DNA from: a virus
Taxonomy: Duplodnaviria > Caudoviricetes
Reading direction: 5' to 3' (one strand)
Length of the DNA: 44,442 bases
Virus record (IMG/VR): IMGVR_UViG_3300044274_000297
Coordinates: 1 to 44,442 of that record
The position numbers and the translations under genes are program-made. The notes below the pieces were generated by a model that saw only the letters and a program-made list of their open reading frames with translations, was not told the origin of the DNA and made no database searches. Shown here piece after piece: positions 35,459 through 44,442 of the stretch. The first letter of the stretch is position 1; every line of letters begins with the position of its first letter.

Positions 35459-35791
35459 ATGGCCGAAGGTCAAATTTCCCCATGGCTTCCAGAGCAGGAC
35501 ATGCACCGTCTAGCGATCCTCGGCAAGCTGATCGAAGAGTGCAACGAGCTATCGGCGCGCGCTGCACGCTGCATCATTCACGGCATTGATGAGATCGATC
35601 CCGATACCGGACGCACTAACCGGGAAGAGCTTGAGCGGGAGATCGCAGACGCCCGTGCATGCCAGTGGCAAGCGGTTGATCGGCTGGGTCTGAACTCAAT
35701 GCCCAGCCGCATATACGCGAAGGATCAGGGCTTTGACGACTGGCACAATCTGATCGACGCCGCCTCCCCCTCTCAAACCCAACCGGAGTAG
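35459..35791 (+). CDS. MazG-like all-alpha NTP pyrophosphatase
   Basis: KLIEECNEL...LEREIAD acidic helix motif. Confidence 0.6.
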   Translation: MAEGQISPWLPEQDMHRLAILGKLIEECNELSARAARCIIHGIDEIDPDTGRTNREELEREIADARACQWQAVDRLGLNSMPSRIYAKDQGFDDWHNLIDAASPSQTQPE

Positions 35792-35795
35792 CCAG

Positions 35796-36059
35796 ATGGG
35801 AATCACATTCGGCGACCACCTGATTGATAGCGGATATCACGACATCACGCCCGAGCAGGAGCGCGAGATTGAAGCGCGCGCGGAATGCGAATTGCGCGGC
35901 ATCGATCCAGACGAGATTTGCGCAGACGGCGGCGTAACCGCTTGGATGGTCATGGACCAACAGATGCGAGCCGGAGCCCATCGCGCCCCATCATGCAACT
36001 GCCGAAACCACGGCGATTGCGACGGCTCCTGCACCCATCCTGAAACCCAACCGGAGTAG
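35796..36059 (+). CDS. Hypothetical protein, Cys-rich C-terminus
   Basis: GGAG RBS; bounded by 18-bp direct repeats. Confidence 0.55.
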   Translation: MGITFGDHLIDSGYHDITPEQEREIEARAECELRGIDPDEICADGGVTAWMVMDQQMRAGAHRAPSCNCRNHGDCDGSCTHPETQPE

Positions 36060-36064
36060 CGACA

Positions 36065-36265
36065 ATGAGCGAGACAACCCGACCCGGAAAACACCGCCAC
36101 TGCTGGAATTGCGGCGCGGACATGGGGTTCATCGAAAACCGTTTCTACGACCGCATAGATACGTGCGGCTCCCGAGAGTGCGAACGCGAAGCGCGTCACG
36201 CCTTTGAGGAAGAACGCGATGCTGCCCACGAGGCGATAGACGCCCAATTTGATGGGGGTTGGTGA
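36065..36265 (+). CDS. Small Zn-finger-like protein
   Basis: CWNCG...CGSREC. Confidence 0.6.
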   Translation: MSETTRPGKHRHCWNCGADMGFIENRFYDRIDTCGSRECEREARHAFEEERDAAHEAIDAQFDGGW

Positions 36266-36266
36266 C

Positions 36267-36464
36267 ATGAGTTATTTCAACGACGAGCAGATGGATCACA
36301 TGCGGTCGCTTTCGAAGTTGGCCGCTGAAGGGAAGGTCTGTCCTTGCGGTTGGTACTCCAAGGACGAGTGCACCAAACGATGCCAGTCGCCTTACGGCAG
36401 CGGAGCATTGCATTCCGAGCATATGGCAGAGCGCTCCAAAGTCACCGGAAGCTCCAATGCTTAG
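36267..36464 (+). CDS. Small Cys-containing hypothetical protein
   Basis: CPCGWY...EC...C. Confidence 0.55.
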   Translation: MSYFNDEQMDHMRSLSKLAAEGKVCPCGWYSKDECTKRCQSPYGSGALHSEHMAERSKVTGSSNA

Positions 36465-36578
36465 CCGCACCCTCCTCCCCCTCTCTGCATGCGTTCTTAC
36501 CGTTGGGACGGCTATGGCATGGGCTGTTGAGCAGCGGTTTGAAATGCCGGTCTGGGACGCCCTGCGGGTGCTGTTCTC

Positions 36579-36794
36579 ATGAGGGCGGGGCAGAGAGTTG
36601 GCAACTGGTTCCTCTGGATCGACGTGGACAGCGTCAAGGTCAATGGAGAGCCGTGCGTGGTTGTGACGGCCAAGGACGCTATATGCGGCGGGGCCGTGGT
36701 CAACCGAGAGTTTGCCACGAAAGAGATGGCGAAGCAATTGCACCGAATAGCCAACAATATCGAGTTGGCGCTTGATGGCAAGAGCGAGTTCTGA
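36579..36794 (+). CDS. Hypothetical protein
   Basis: 71 aa, coupled to a 41-aa hydrophobic ORF at 36457-36582. Confidence 0.45.
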   Translation: MRAGQRVGNWFLWIDVDSVKVNGEPCVVVTAKDAICGGAVVNREFATKEMAKQLHRIANNIELALDGKSEF

Positions 36795-36832
36795 CCGTGC
36801 GCGCCGCCCCTCAAATCCAATGGGACGACACC

Positions 36833-37507
36833 ATGCTAAGACAGGTGAAGACACCCGAGCCTCATAACAAGCAATGCGCAGTTTTGGGTTGCGAGAATAC
36901 TGGTCAATTACGGCGCGGTTGGTGTGACTCGCACTATCGCAGATGGAAGCGCCATGGCGACCCAGAAGCCTATCATCAAAGCGAATTAATGGAATTTGCC
37001 AAATTCGCCGCTTCATACACCGGTGACGAGTGCCTGCTGTGGCCCTTCGGCACAAACTCATACGGGTATGGACAAGTGAGGTTTAACGGCTCCCAGGCCC
37101 CGGCGCACCGGGTGGTATGCGAGCTTGCGCATGGTCCGTTCCCGACGCCGGAGCACCATGCCGCACACGACAACAATGGCGCGATGTGCGCTAGCCGATC
37201 ATGCGTCAATCCCAAGCACCTGCGATGGGCGACTGCTCTCGAAAACGAAGCCGATAAAGCCAAGCACGGCGGGATTGTCAGGGGCGAGCGCCACGGCAGG
37301 GCAAAGCTCACAGAGCGAGACGTACAGGAAATTCGACAGATGAAAGGCGCCCTCTCAACGGCCGAGTTGGCCGCGCGATACTCCGTATCTGTGAGAACAA
37401 TCAGGAACGTTCATAGCGGAAAGAAATGGGGTTGGCTCCCCCGCCCCAAGCCCAACACAGCAATCGAGCTTGAACAGAAGCTGATACGCGAAAGGAACGC
37501 AGCGTGA
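36833..37507 (+). CDS. HNH endonuclease
   Basis: N-terminal C.V.GC...RGWC..HY.RW.RHGDP; CLLWP, AAH...CVNP.HLRWAT..EN; C-terminal HTH. Confidence 0.85.
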   Translation: MLRQVKTPEPHNKQCAVLGCENTGQLRRGWCDSHYRRWKRHGDPEAYHQSELMEFAKFAASYTGDECLLWPFGTNSYGYGQVRFNGSQAPAHRVVCELAHGPFPTPEHHAAHDNNGAMCASRSCVNPKHLRWATALENEADKAKHGGIVRGERHGRAKLTERDVQEIRQMKGALSTAELAARYSVSVRTIRNVHSGKKWGWLPRPKPNTAIELEQKLIRERNAA

Positions 37508-38217
37508 GTGCAGTGCAAGCAACAGCCGACGACCGGCGCAACATGACGCCGTTCGATGAAGTCGTCCACGAAATCGAAACGCTGTTCGAGGAGGCCAAAA
37601 ACTGGGCTGACGGCAGCGACATCGAGAACGAGGAACAGCACGACGCGGCCAAGAAAGTTTACGACGATTTGCATGAGGCTGGCAAGAAAGCCGATGCCCT
37701 GCGCGTCGAAGAAAAAAGGCCGCTCGATGAGCAGGTGAACGCCATCCAGGCTCGGTTCAATCCGTATATCCAGCCCAAGAAGGGCAAGGTCGATATCGGG
37801 AAGTCGGCGCTCAATGACGTGCTGGCCAAATGGCGCAAGAAGATTGCCGACGAAAAGGCCGCGAAAGCCGTTGAGGCGCAGCGCATTGCCGATGAGGAGC
37901 GCCGCAAGGCAGAGGAAGCCATCCGGTCCAGCGCGGGAAACCTTGAGGCGCGCGAGGCCGCAGAGGCGCAACTCGAACTGGCGAAGGACGCAGAGACGTT
38001 CGCCAAACGTGCGGACAAGCAAGCAAGCACGGGGCTCGGGCTGCGCACGGTCTGGGCGGCGAAACTGACAAGCCCGCGCGATGCTGTCGCTCACTACTGG
38101 AAAATCAATCCAGAGGCTTTCCTCGATCTCATTCAAGAGCTTGCCGACAAGGACGTTCGCGCTGGAAAGCGTGAAATCCCCGGCTTTGAAATCATCTCCG
38201 AAAAGAAGGCGATTTGA
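37504..38217 (+). CDS. Coiled-coil recombination-module protein
   Basis: R..EK.P, long coiled coil, G.REIPG.EI C-terminus; upstream of ERF. Confidence 0.65.
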   Translation: MSAVQATADDRRNMTPFDEVVHEIETLFEEAKNWADGSDIENEEQHDAAKKVYDDLHEAGKKADALRVEEKRPLDEQVNAIQARFNPYIQPKKGKVDIGKSALNDVLAKWRKKIADEKAAKAVEAQRIADEERRKAEEAIRSSAGNLEAREAAEAQLELAKDAETFAKRADKQASTGLGLRTVWAAKLTSPRDAVAHYWKINPEAFLDLIQELADKDVRAGKREIPGFEIISEKKAI

Positions 38218-38219
38218 CC

Positions 38220-39086
38220 ATGGCACAATCTGTCAAGACGATCGAACACGAAGCCCACGCCCCGGCGATTATCACGCCGGCGGAAATGGTCCAGCAAGCG
38301 ATTGCGAAAGGATCGGGCGTTGACGTGATGGAGCGGCTTCTGGCCCTTCAAGAGCGCCACGACGCATTCCAGGCCCGCAAGGCTTTCGACAACGCCATGG
38401 CGGACCTGCGCAACAATCTGCCGAAGATCATCAAGAGCCGCGAGGTGGATTTCACCAGCGTCAAGGGGCGTACGCACTACAAGTTCGAGGATCTGGCAGA
38501 GATAACGGAAGCGCTATCCGGCCCCATGTCCGATGTTGGCCTGTCATTCCGCTGGTACACGGAGAACGTCCAAGGCGGGGTAAAGGTTACATGCCGGATC
38601 ACGCATCGCGACGGACACTTCGAGGAAACCAGCCTTGTTGGCCCGCTCGATGCGTCGGGGAACAAGAACCCTATTCAGGCAATCGGTAGCGCGGTCAGCT
38701 ATCTACAGCGCTACACCATCAAGGCCGCTGTCGGCATTGCTGCCTCCCACGATGATGACGCTCAGTCCGTAAGCCAGCGCAAAGAGCCGCAGGAAGGCAG
38801 CCAGCAACAGGCCAGCGTGTCGAAGGATGAGCAGGCGCGGGCCATCTACACCATGCACCAGCGTGAGCTTCGCCTCAGCACGACCAAAGACCAGTTGCGA
38901 GAAGCGTGGAAGGCCGCATGCGCGGACAAGGAGTTCATCCCCGGAGATTGGCAGCGTGAGTTGCGTACCGAGATGGAAGCGCGCCTTGCCGAGATCGAGG
39001 CAATCACCAGTGACGACGACTTCCCCGGCGACCTGACCGACGCGAAATCACATCTGGACCGGATCCACGAGGACACCGCCGCATAG
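38220..39086 (+). CDS. erf: ERF-family ssDNA annealing protein
   Basis: N.IQAIGSAVSYLQRYT..AA.GIA...DDD. Confidence 0.9.
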   Translation: MAQSVKTIEHEAHAPAIITPAEMVQQAIAKGSGVDVMERLLALQERHDAFQARKAFDNAMADLRNNLPKIIKSREVDFTSVKGRTHYKFEDLAEITEALSGPMSDVGLSFRWYTENVQGGVKVTCRITHRDGHFEETSLVGPLDASGNKNPIQAIGSAVSYLQRYTIKAAVGIAASHDDDAQSVSQRKEPQEGSQQQASVSKDEQARAIYTMHQRELRLSTTKDQLREAWKAACADKEFIPGDWQRELRTEMEARLAEIEAITSDDDFPGDLTDAKSHLDRIHEDTAA

Positions 39087-39093
39087 CAACACC

Positions 39094-39149
39094 AGCCAGG
39101 GACGGGCGGTGAAAGCATCGCAAGGTGCGGAGTAGCCGACCCGATGGCT
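39094..39149 (+). ncRNA. Candidate structured RNA hairpin (GNRA loop plus loop-E-like internal loop)
   Basis: AGCCA/TGGCT, CGGG-CGG/CCG-A-CCCG and GCATC-GCAA-GGTGC stems with TGAAA/GGAGTAG internal loop. Confidence 0.5.
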
Positions 39150-39166
39150 CACAAAGGGGTACGAAA

Positions 39167-39436
39167 ATGGCAGAGACAGTGAAGCATACGCCAGATCGCA
39201 TCTGGGTCGAATACGATGCCGAGACGAACGAGAAGCGTTGGTTCTCTATTCGGGGAATGGGCATTGAGTACGTCCGCGGCGACATTGCGAATGAGATGCT
39301 GGAGGCTTTGAGGGCATCCATCGCGCTCTGCGACAAGAACACCGATGGCGGGTCGTTCTCCTTAGCTCCAGAGGCGCAGGAGGTTTACGACCTCTGCATG
39401 GCTGTCATCACCAAGGCGACCGGAGCGGACCAATGA
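39167..39436 (+). CDS. Hypothetical protein
   Basis: KHTP...EYVR.D...EMLEAL...ITKATG mosaic of phage motifs. Confidence 0.65.
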   Translation: MAETVKHTPDRIWVEYDAETNEKRWFSIRGMGIEYVRGDIANEMLEALRASIALCDKNTDGGSFSLAPEAQEVYDLCMAVITKATGADQ

Positions 39437-39651
39437 CATCCGCAGAGATCAAAGCCCACGCCGCCTACCTGACTGAAACGCAGCAGAAAATACGCCGTGT
39501 TGGACTCGATGCAGATCTATACGCCCGCGTTCGTGAGGAAGTGGAATCCAGTGATGAATATCGGCGCGCGCCCGAGAGTGTGAGGGTTGAAGTCCTTTCT
39601 GCTCTTGAGGCGAGGCGGATCAACATCGCGAAGCTGGGGAGCGCAATATGA
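39433..39651 (+). CDS. Hypothetical protein
   Basis: ATGA-coupled ORF. Confidence 0.55.
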   Translation: MTSAEIKAHAAYLTETQQKIRRVGLDADLYARVREEVESSDEYRRAPESVRVEVLSALEARRINIAKLGSAI

Positions 39652-39881
39652 ACGCCGTTCCGAAATGCACAAGCTGGCTCGGACATAAGTTCGAGGGTCG
39701 GTATTCTTACACCAATCCGGCTCTTGTAACGCTCATGAACCGTGCCAGTGAGATCAACAACCTACCGCCCTCCATGGTGGTTAACATGCGGGATGCGACC
39801 TACCACTGCGATGTGTGCGTCCGGTGCGGCCACGTCATCGAGCCCCACGTTGAAATCACAAATTCAGCGGAGGGGAAGTAA
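39648..39881 (+). CDS. Small Zn-binding protein
   Basis: C..WLGHKF.GRY...Y.CDVCVRCG. Confidence 0.65.
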   Translation: MNAVPKCTSWLGHKFEGRYSYTNPALVTLMNRASEINNLPPSMVVNMRDATYHCDVCVRCGHVIEPHVEITNSAEGK

Positions 39882-40330
39882 TGGAAAAGATCGTTCTCCG
39901 CCGCGAAGGCTCCCGTCTTGTTCCACCGTCCCCCGATTGGGCCGAACTGCTCATGGAGTTGCCAGAGGGTGTGGATCTGAATTGCACCATAACCCGCGCC
40001 CGGTCGATTCCCCAGCTCGGGACGTACTGGGGAAGCCTGCCCTTCGCGCTCCATCATGGCCCCGAATGGATGAGCGCGCAATGGTTGAGCAAAGACGAAT
40101 TGTCGGACGCGCTCCAGATCGAAGTTGGGTTCGTGAACCAGATCAAGTTGGCCAACGGTTCGATCATCGGCGTTCCGAAGTCCAAGAGCTTCGCAGAGTG
40201 TCCGCAAAGCACGTTCAACGAATTTTTCAACAAGGCCCAAGACAAGCTGACCGAGTGGTGCGGCTTCGATGTCGTGACCGCATATATCGATGAGATGAAA
40301 GCGCGCGGGCCGCGCAGGAGGGCAGCATGA
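39881..40330 (+). CDS. NinB/DUF1367-like recombination protein
   Basis: R.RS..Q...YW and PKS.SFA...Q..FNEFF. Confidence 0.7.
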   Translation: MEKIVLRREGSRLVPPSPDWAELLMELPEGVDLNCTITRARSIPQLGTYWGSLPFALHHGPEWMSAQWLSKDELSDALQIEVGFVNQIKLANGSIIGVPKSKSFAECPQSTFNEFFNKAQDKLTEWCGFDVVTAYIDEMKARGPRRRAA

Positions 40331-40502
40331 CCGCTCATGTACGCATAGGCAAGATCAAGCCCCGTCACCGGAAGGGCGAAGGGCCAATCGGTTATGTCCG
40401 TCGCGTGAAATACCTCCAGGTTCACGCCGAGCTTACCGCGTGGAAAGCGTCAATGATCCTCGACGGAGGGCGCACAGAGGCACGATTAAGGGGGGAGGCA
40501 CG

Positions 40503-40853
40503 GTGAAGGTTCTTGTCTGTGGTGGCCGCAAATATGACGACGCCGCCAAGGTCGATGCTGTTCTGAGCAAGCTTCACGCCGAGGCCGGGATCGAGAGGGT
40601 TATCGAGGGTGGCGCGAAGGGGGCCGACTATCTGGCCCGTCAGTGGGCGCTGAGCAATGGGGTCATTTCCAGCGTGTTCTTTGCCGACTGGGAGAACCAA
40701 GGCAGCTTTGCTGGACCGGCCCGCAATCAACGGATGCTGGACGAAGGGCAACCCGATCTGGTCATCGCCTTTCCGGGCGGACGCGGCACAGCGGATTGTG
40801 TCCGCAGAGCCCGCCGAATGGGGTTCCAGGTTGTGGAGATTGCCGATGGTTGA
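40503..40853 (+). CDS. SLOG family (YspA/cpYpsA, DUF2493-like) protein
   Basis: KVLVCGGR.Y.D, GGA.GAD, ADW...G..AGP.RNQRML, AFPGG.GT. Confidence 0.88.
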   Translation: MKVLVCGGRKYDDAAKVDAVLSKLHAEAGIERVIEGGAKGADYLARQWALSNGVISSVFFADWENQGSFAGPARNQRMLDEGQPDLVIAFPGGRGTADCVRRARRMGFQVVEIADG

Positions 40854-41238
40854 GCAGCACCTCATCACCCCCACCAAGCGCAGGTCGATGACGAAAGCGC
40901 GCGCGGCCAAGATATTCTTACGCGAGCAGGGCAAGTGCTACATTTGTGGCGTCAAGCTGCGCGTGAGTGTCGATCCTTACGAGATCGAACACCCCGAAGC
41001 GCTGTCTCTCGGCGGCTCTGACAATGACGAAGACCTGCGCGTGGTCTGCCTCCCCTGCCATAAGCCAAAGACCGCACAGGACGCCGCTAAGCGCGCCCAG
41101 CGCAATGCCGTCGTCACAAAGACCTGGAGCCGCCCGGAAACCCGCAAGAGCGCGCTGGCTGGTCCCGACATCAAATACTCACGCGCCCGAGGATGCCTTG
41201 TCGATAGGCGTACCGGCGAACCTGTTCAGGAACAATAG
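40846..41238 (+). CDS. HNH nuclease
   Basis: CYICG...EIEH...LGGSD...L..VC.PCH..KT. Confidence 0.85.
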   Translation: MVEQHLITPTKRRSMTKARAAKIFLREQGKCYICGVKLRVSVDPYEIEHPEALSLGGSDNDEDLRVVCLPCHKPKTAQDAAKRAQRNAVVTKTWSRPETRKSALAGPDIKYSRARGCLVDRRTGEPVQEQ

Positions 41239-41239
41239 C

Positions 41240-42286
41240 ATGACCACCAACATGGACGATAAGGAATTGATTGCAGCGCTCCGAAAGGCTGTAGAACACA
41301 CAGCGATTGTCGGGACTGGAACTTTCACTGACATGATAAATCTCGCCGCCGACCGCCTCGAAGCCCTCCAAAGTGCCAGCGTGACGGTGAAGCTGCACGG
41401 ACCCTATGGCTGGCTGAATGGCCACCGGGCGTTGAACGAGGAATACTGGCACCTAGAGAGAGACCCGGAGAGCAGCGAGGAATATTTCGCCATTCCGCTC
41501 TATGCGCTGTCTGACCCTTTTGTCGAGATCGGCCTCAAGGGCCCCGATCCAGCCACCCCCGATCAGCTTGAGGTGGTGAAGGGTGAGGACGTCACGGCGC
41601 TGGTAGAATTTTTTCGAGTGGCGCAAATGGATGGCTGCACCGATGATCCAACCGACGACGAAGACGCTAGTATAGGTTGGATTGGCGACAAAAACATGTC
41701 CATGACGTTCGGCCACATTCGTCGCGCCGCAGCCGCAGTTGAAGCCCTAACCACTTCCGACCCCCAACCAGTGAAGGATGATTGGCGCTGCCCGGAATGC
41801 CGCTGCACCACTTACGCCCGCTGCGATGAGCAGAAGTCTGACGGCACGTTTGGCCCCGGCTCTATCGTTCGTTGCGTCAACTGCAAACTTGAGCAGGAAT
41901 GGCCCCCCGCCCCGGAGGTTGCCAGCGGGGATCAGATGGAGCGGTTTCGCCCCGGAGGAAAGTACACCAAGCACATGGTGCCAGACCCTAACGGGGAATG
42001 GGTCACCCTCGACGCTGCCCAGAACGCGATCACCGCAGCCAACGAAAGAGCAGAGCGGTTGGACCAAGCCGCAAGGGCAGGTCTTCGCGCTCAAGTCGCA
42101 TCCGAAGCCCTCGTCACAACACTATCGGAGGCGCTGGAGCCGTTTGCGCTTATAAGCACCGAAGGCGTCGTTAAGCAGAGGGGTGGCCACGCCCGAGTTG
42201 TGGTTGCCGCTGATTATTTCCACAAAGCTGCCGAAGCCCTCGCCGCCCTGCCAGCCAAACAGGGAGAGCATAGCGATGAAGCCTGA
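41240..42286 (+). CDS. Mosaic hypothetical early protein
   Basis: 348 aa; AADRLEAL, CPEC..CVNC, P.GEWV and EALEPFA segments. Confidence 0.7.
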   Translation: MTTNMDDKELIAALRKAVEHTAIVGTGTFTDMINLAADRLEALQSASVTVKLHGPYGWLNGHRALNEEYWHLERDPESSEEYFAIPLYALSDPFVEIGLKGPDPATPDQLEVVKGEDVTALVEFFRVAQMDGCTDDPTDDEDASIGWIGDKNMSMTFGHIRRAAAAVEALTTSDPQPVKDDWRCPECRCTTYARCDEQKSDGTFGPGSIVRCVNCKLEQEWPPAPEVASGDQMERFRPGGKYTKHMVPDPNGEWVTLDAAQNAITAANERAERLDQAARAGLRAQVASEALVTTLSEALEPFALISTEGVVKQRGGHARVVVAADYFHKAAEALAALPAKQGEHSDEA

Positions 42287-42674
42287 ACAGCCAATCGGTT
42301 ACCTTTATCATGGCCCAAAAGGAGGGCTGATATTCGTAGAGCAAAAACCATCCTGGTACGCTGAACCCGTTTACTCGTCAGACTCCCTCCTCACCGCCCG
42401 CAATCAAGGTCGTGATGAAGCGGCAGAGGAGATGCAGAGCCTAGAAGAAGTTTGGGCAATGCATGAAGCGCTTTGCGATGTTTGGGGTGGCGACAACAGC
42501 TACGAGGATGCGGTTGTAGAGTTTCGGGCGCTTCTGAAGTCGTGGGGGTGGGACAACTTCGCAACAGTAACCCCAGATTTCGCGGGCTCATACATCACAG
42601 CCATGACCACCTATGCCCTGCGTGATTATATGAGTGCCCGCACCGCCCTCCGCAAGTCACAAGGGGAGCGGTGA
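42276..42674 (+). CDS. Hypothetical protein
   Basis: GGAG RBS; overlaps upstream stop. Confidence 0.6.
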   Translation: MKPEQPIGYLYHGPKGGLIFVEQKPSWYAEPVYSSDSLLTARNQGRDEAAEEMQSLEEVWAMHEALCDVWGGDNSYEDAVVEFRALLKSWGWDNFATVTPDFAGSYITAMTTYALRDYMSARTALRKSQGER

Positions 42675-42994
42675 TGGGCATGCGAGAGAAAATTGCACAG
42701 TCGATCTACGACAAAGCGACCAGTTTAGACGGCGATCAGATAGCAGTCCATCTTGGAAATTCAATGCACATAGACGGAAGTGCCCGAGATGCCGCAGACC
42801 TTAAGCGGATCGTCATGGGTGTTTGTCTTGATGCAGCCGACGCCGTTCTCGATGCGCTCATGGAGCCGACTGAGGGGATGATCGAAGCCGGAATAGAAAC
42901 GCATGAAAAAGACTGGCCAAACCGCGTGACCGGTGAACGCCCTTTAGTCGCGTCGTTCCGAGGCATGATCCGAGCAGCGAGGGACGGCAAATGA
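42671..42994 (+). CDS. Hypothetical protein
   Basis: ADAVL.AL.EPTEGM..AG pattern. Confidence 0.65.
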   Translation: MMGMREKIAQSIYDKATSLDGDQIAVHLGNSMHIDGSARDAADLKRIVMGVCLDAADAVLDALMEPTEGMIEAGIETHEKDWPNRVTGERPLVASFRGMIRAARDGK

Positions 42995-43105
42995 CCCAAT
43001 CCCTAATCTGGTCCATGAGCATCGGCCTATTGGTTGGCGTCCTTGTCGTCATAACCGGAGAGTACGTGACGATTCCCATGCTGCATCTCGTGGTGGGAGG
43101 GTGAG

Positions 43106-43399
43106 ATGGGCCTATTGACACCAGCACAGGTTCGCGCCGAACTTGGCATCTCGGATCGACAGTTGCGTGACCTAACCGACGATGGCGCCCTGCCCTTCAT
43201 CAACATTGGCAGGGGAAGTCGTCGCGCCGCCCGGTACGATCCATCGGACATTGAGGCATTCAAAGCGCAGCGAAAGAACCAGATATGTCGGTCTTCAAAC
43301 GCCCCGGCTCGCAAACGTACTCCTATGACTTCCAACTTGGGCGTCTTAGATTTTCAGGAAGAACGGAAGCGACTACGAAGCGCGAAGCGGAGCGCATAG
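43106..43399 (+). CDS. xis: Excisionase-like HTH protein
   Basis: LLT..QV..ELGIS.RQLR.L..DG.LP.INIG.G..R...RYDP.DIEAF; upstream of integrase. Confidence 0.85.
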   Translation: MGLLTPAQVRAELGISDRQLRDLTDDGALPFINIGRGSRRAARYDPSDIEAFKAQRKNQICRSSNAPARKRTPMTSNLGVLDFQEERKRLRSAKRSA

Positions 43400-44442
43400 A
43401 GGCTCAAGAGCGCAAGAAAGCCGAGGCCATTGTCGCAGAGGAGCGGGCGCTTGAAAAGCCCTCAACCTGGGGGCAAGCCGTCACGCGATACTGGCGGGAA
43501 AAGGGCCAACACCTCAAGAACGCCGCCACCGAACTGGAATATCTCGACTGGCTGACCAAAGAGATCGGCAAGGGCCGACCATTGATCGAGGTCGATGATA
43601 ACGTCATCGCCTTTCTGGTCGCAAAGAAGCGCCAGCAAAAAGACACCCGATTCAGCAAGAACAAGGATAAGGCGCGCCTTATAGGCCCGCGCGCCGTCAA
43701 CGCCGCCGTTCCCGAAGCCGCCCGAAAGGTTCTGACCCGCGCGCGGAAAGTCTGGAAAGTGCGCGTCTCGGAAATCGACTGGTCGCAACACATGCTCAAG
43801 CAGAACGCCGGGCGCGTGCGTGAGGCGTCGAAGACCGAGGAAGCGGAATTGCTGGGGGAGTTGGGGCGCGGCTATGACGTGGCGGTCAAGTTCGCCATCC
43901 TGACCGGGTGCCGTCGCATTGAGGTCTTGGGGCTGCGATGGAAGCACGTCGATTTTTTCAACCGGCGCTTCTCTGTTACAGGGAAGGGCGACAAGTCGCG
44001 TTTCATCCCCATGACGAGGCAGACATATGACCTGCTTTGGTCCGTGAAAGACCATCACCCAGAAGTCGTTTTCACCTATCAGGCGGCGCGGACAAGGCGC
44101 TATGGCGACAGGAACGTTGTCCGGGGCCAGCGATACCCGCTGACCGATTCGGGGCTCAAGTCGCAGTTCCGTCGATCGCTGGGCAAGACCGACATTGAGA
44201 ACTTCCATTTCCACGACACGCGCCACACCATGGCCAGCCGTCTCGTGAGGCGAACCAAAGATTTATTGGCCGCGAAGGAATTGCTCGGTCACGCGCGCCT
44301 GACCACGACGCAGATCTACACTCACGCCATGGAGGAAGATTTGCGCGCTGCGCTCGAAATGACCGAAAGTCCCACCGAAATCACCACGAGCGTTGATGAG
44401 GATGAGGATAACGCATTGCAGCAAAAGGACAAACAGGGGTAA
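43285..44442 (+). CDS. int: Tyrosine integrase
   Basis: TGCRR.E (R), GKG.K (K), HDTRH, LGH and TQIY catalytic residues. Confidence 0.97.
   Translation: MSVFKRPGSQTYSYDFQLGRLRFSGRTEATTKREAERIEAQERKKAEAIVAEERALEKPSTWGQAVTRYWREKGQHLKNAATELEYLDWLTKEIGKGRPLIEVDDNVIAFLVAKKRQQKDTRFSKNKDKARLIGPRAVNAAVPEAARKVLTRARKVWKVRVSEIDWSQHMLKQNAGRVREASKTEEAELLGELGRGYDVAVKFAILTGCRRIEVLGLRWKHVDFFNRRFSVTGKGDKSRFIPMTRQTYDLLWSVKDHHPEVVFTYQAARTRRYGDRNVVRGQRYPLTDSGLKSQFRRSLGKTDIENFHFHDTRHTMASRLVRRTKDLLAAKELLGHARLTTTQIYTHAMEEDLRAALEMTESPTEITTSVDEDEDNALQQKDKQG

Larger units (their letters stand above)
1..44442. mobile_element. Temperate P22-like (podovirus-type) phage/prophage, near complete
   Basis: Integrase/xis, divergent repressor-cro switch, ERF, terminase, portal, capsid, gp4/gp10/ejection-like genes, tailspike and lysis cassette in canonical order; no tail tube or tape measure seen. 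Confidence 0.95.

Noticed and set aside
44340-44442. attL/attR or tRNA target
   Set aside because: Window ends at the integrase stop; no matching repeat found at the left end and no tRNA seen

Overview
The whole window is a near-complete temperate phage or prophage, about 44 kb, with P22/podovirus-like virion genes. The host is probably an alphaproteobacterium (inferred from GapR-like, DUF1376 and ANDN-type proteins). The window starts at an ATG and ends at the integrase stop, so no att site is visible. Minus strand, right to left: cro, GapR-like protein, a C5 methyltransferase with a second protein nested in an alternative frame, a CII-position regulator, a deleted SNF2-type helicase fused to an amino-MTase, a HicA-like-Rha fusion, DUF1376 replication protein, late regulator, terS/terL, portal, HNH, GroES, scaffold, capsid, head-tail and ejection proteins, an M15 peptidase, tailspike, and the GH19 lysis cassette. 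Plus strand: a short repressor, then early genes (27-bp repeat protein, MazG-like, HNH, ERF, SLOG, HNH), xis and the tyrosine integrase. Two antisense morons sit in the late region: a hicB/hicA-like pair and a lipoprotein plus membrane protein pair. Most notable: the dual-frame C5 MTase, a three-position coded 9-aa repeat array, two structured RNA candidates, an exact 591-bp non-tandem duplication landing in a stop codon, and short direct repeats bracketing single early genes. Family calls come from motif recognition only; no searches were run.
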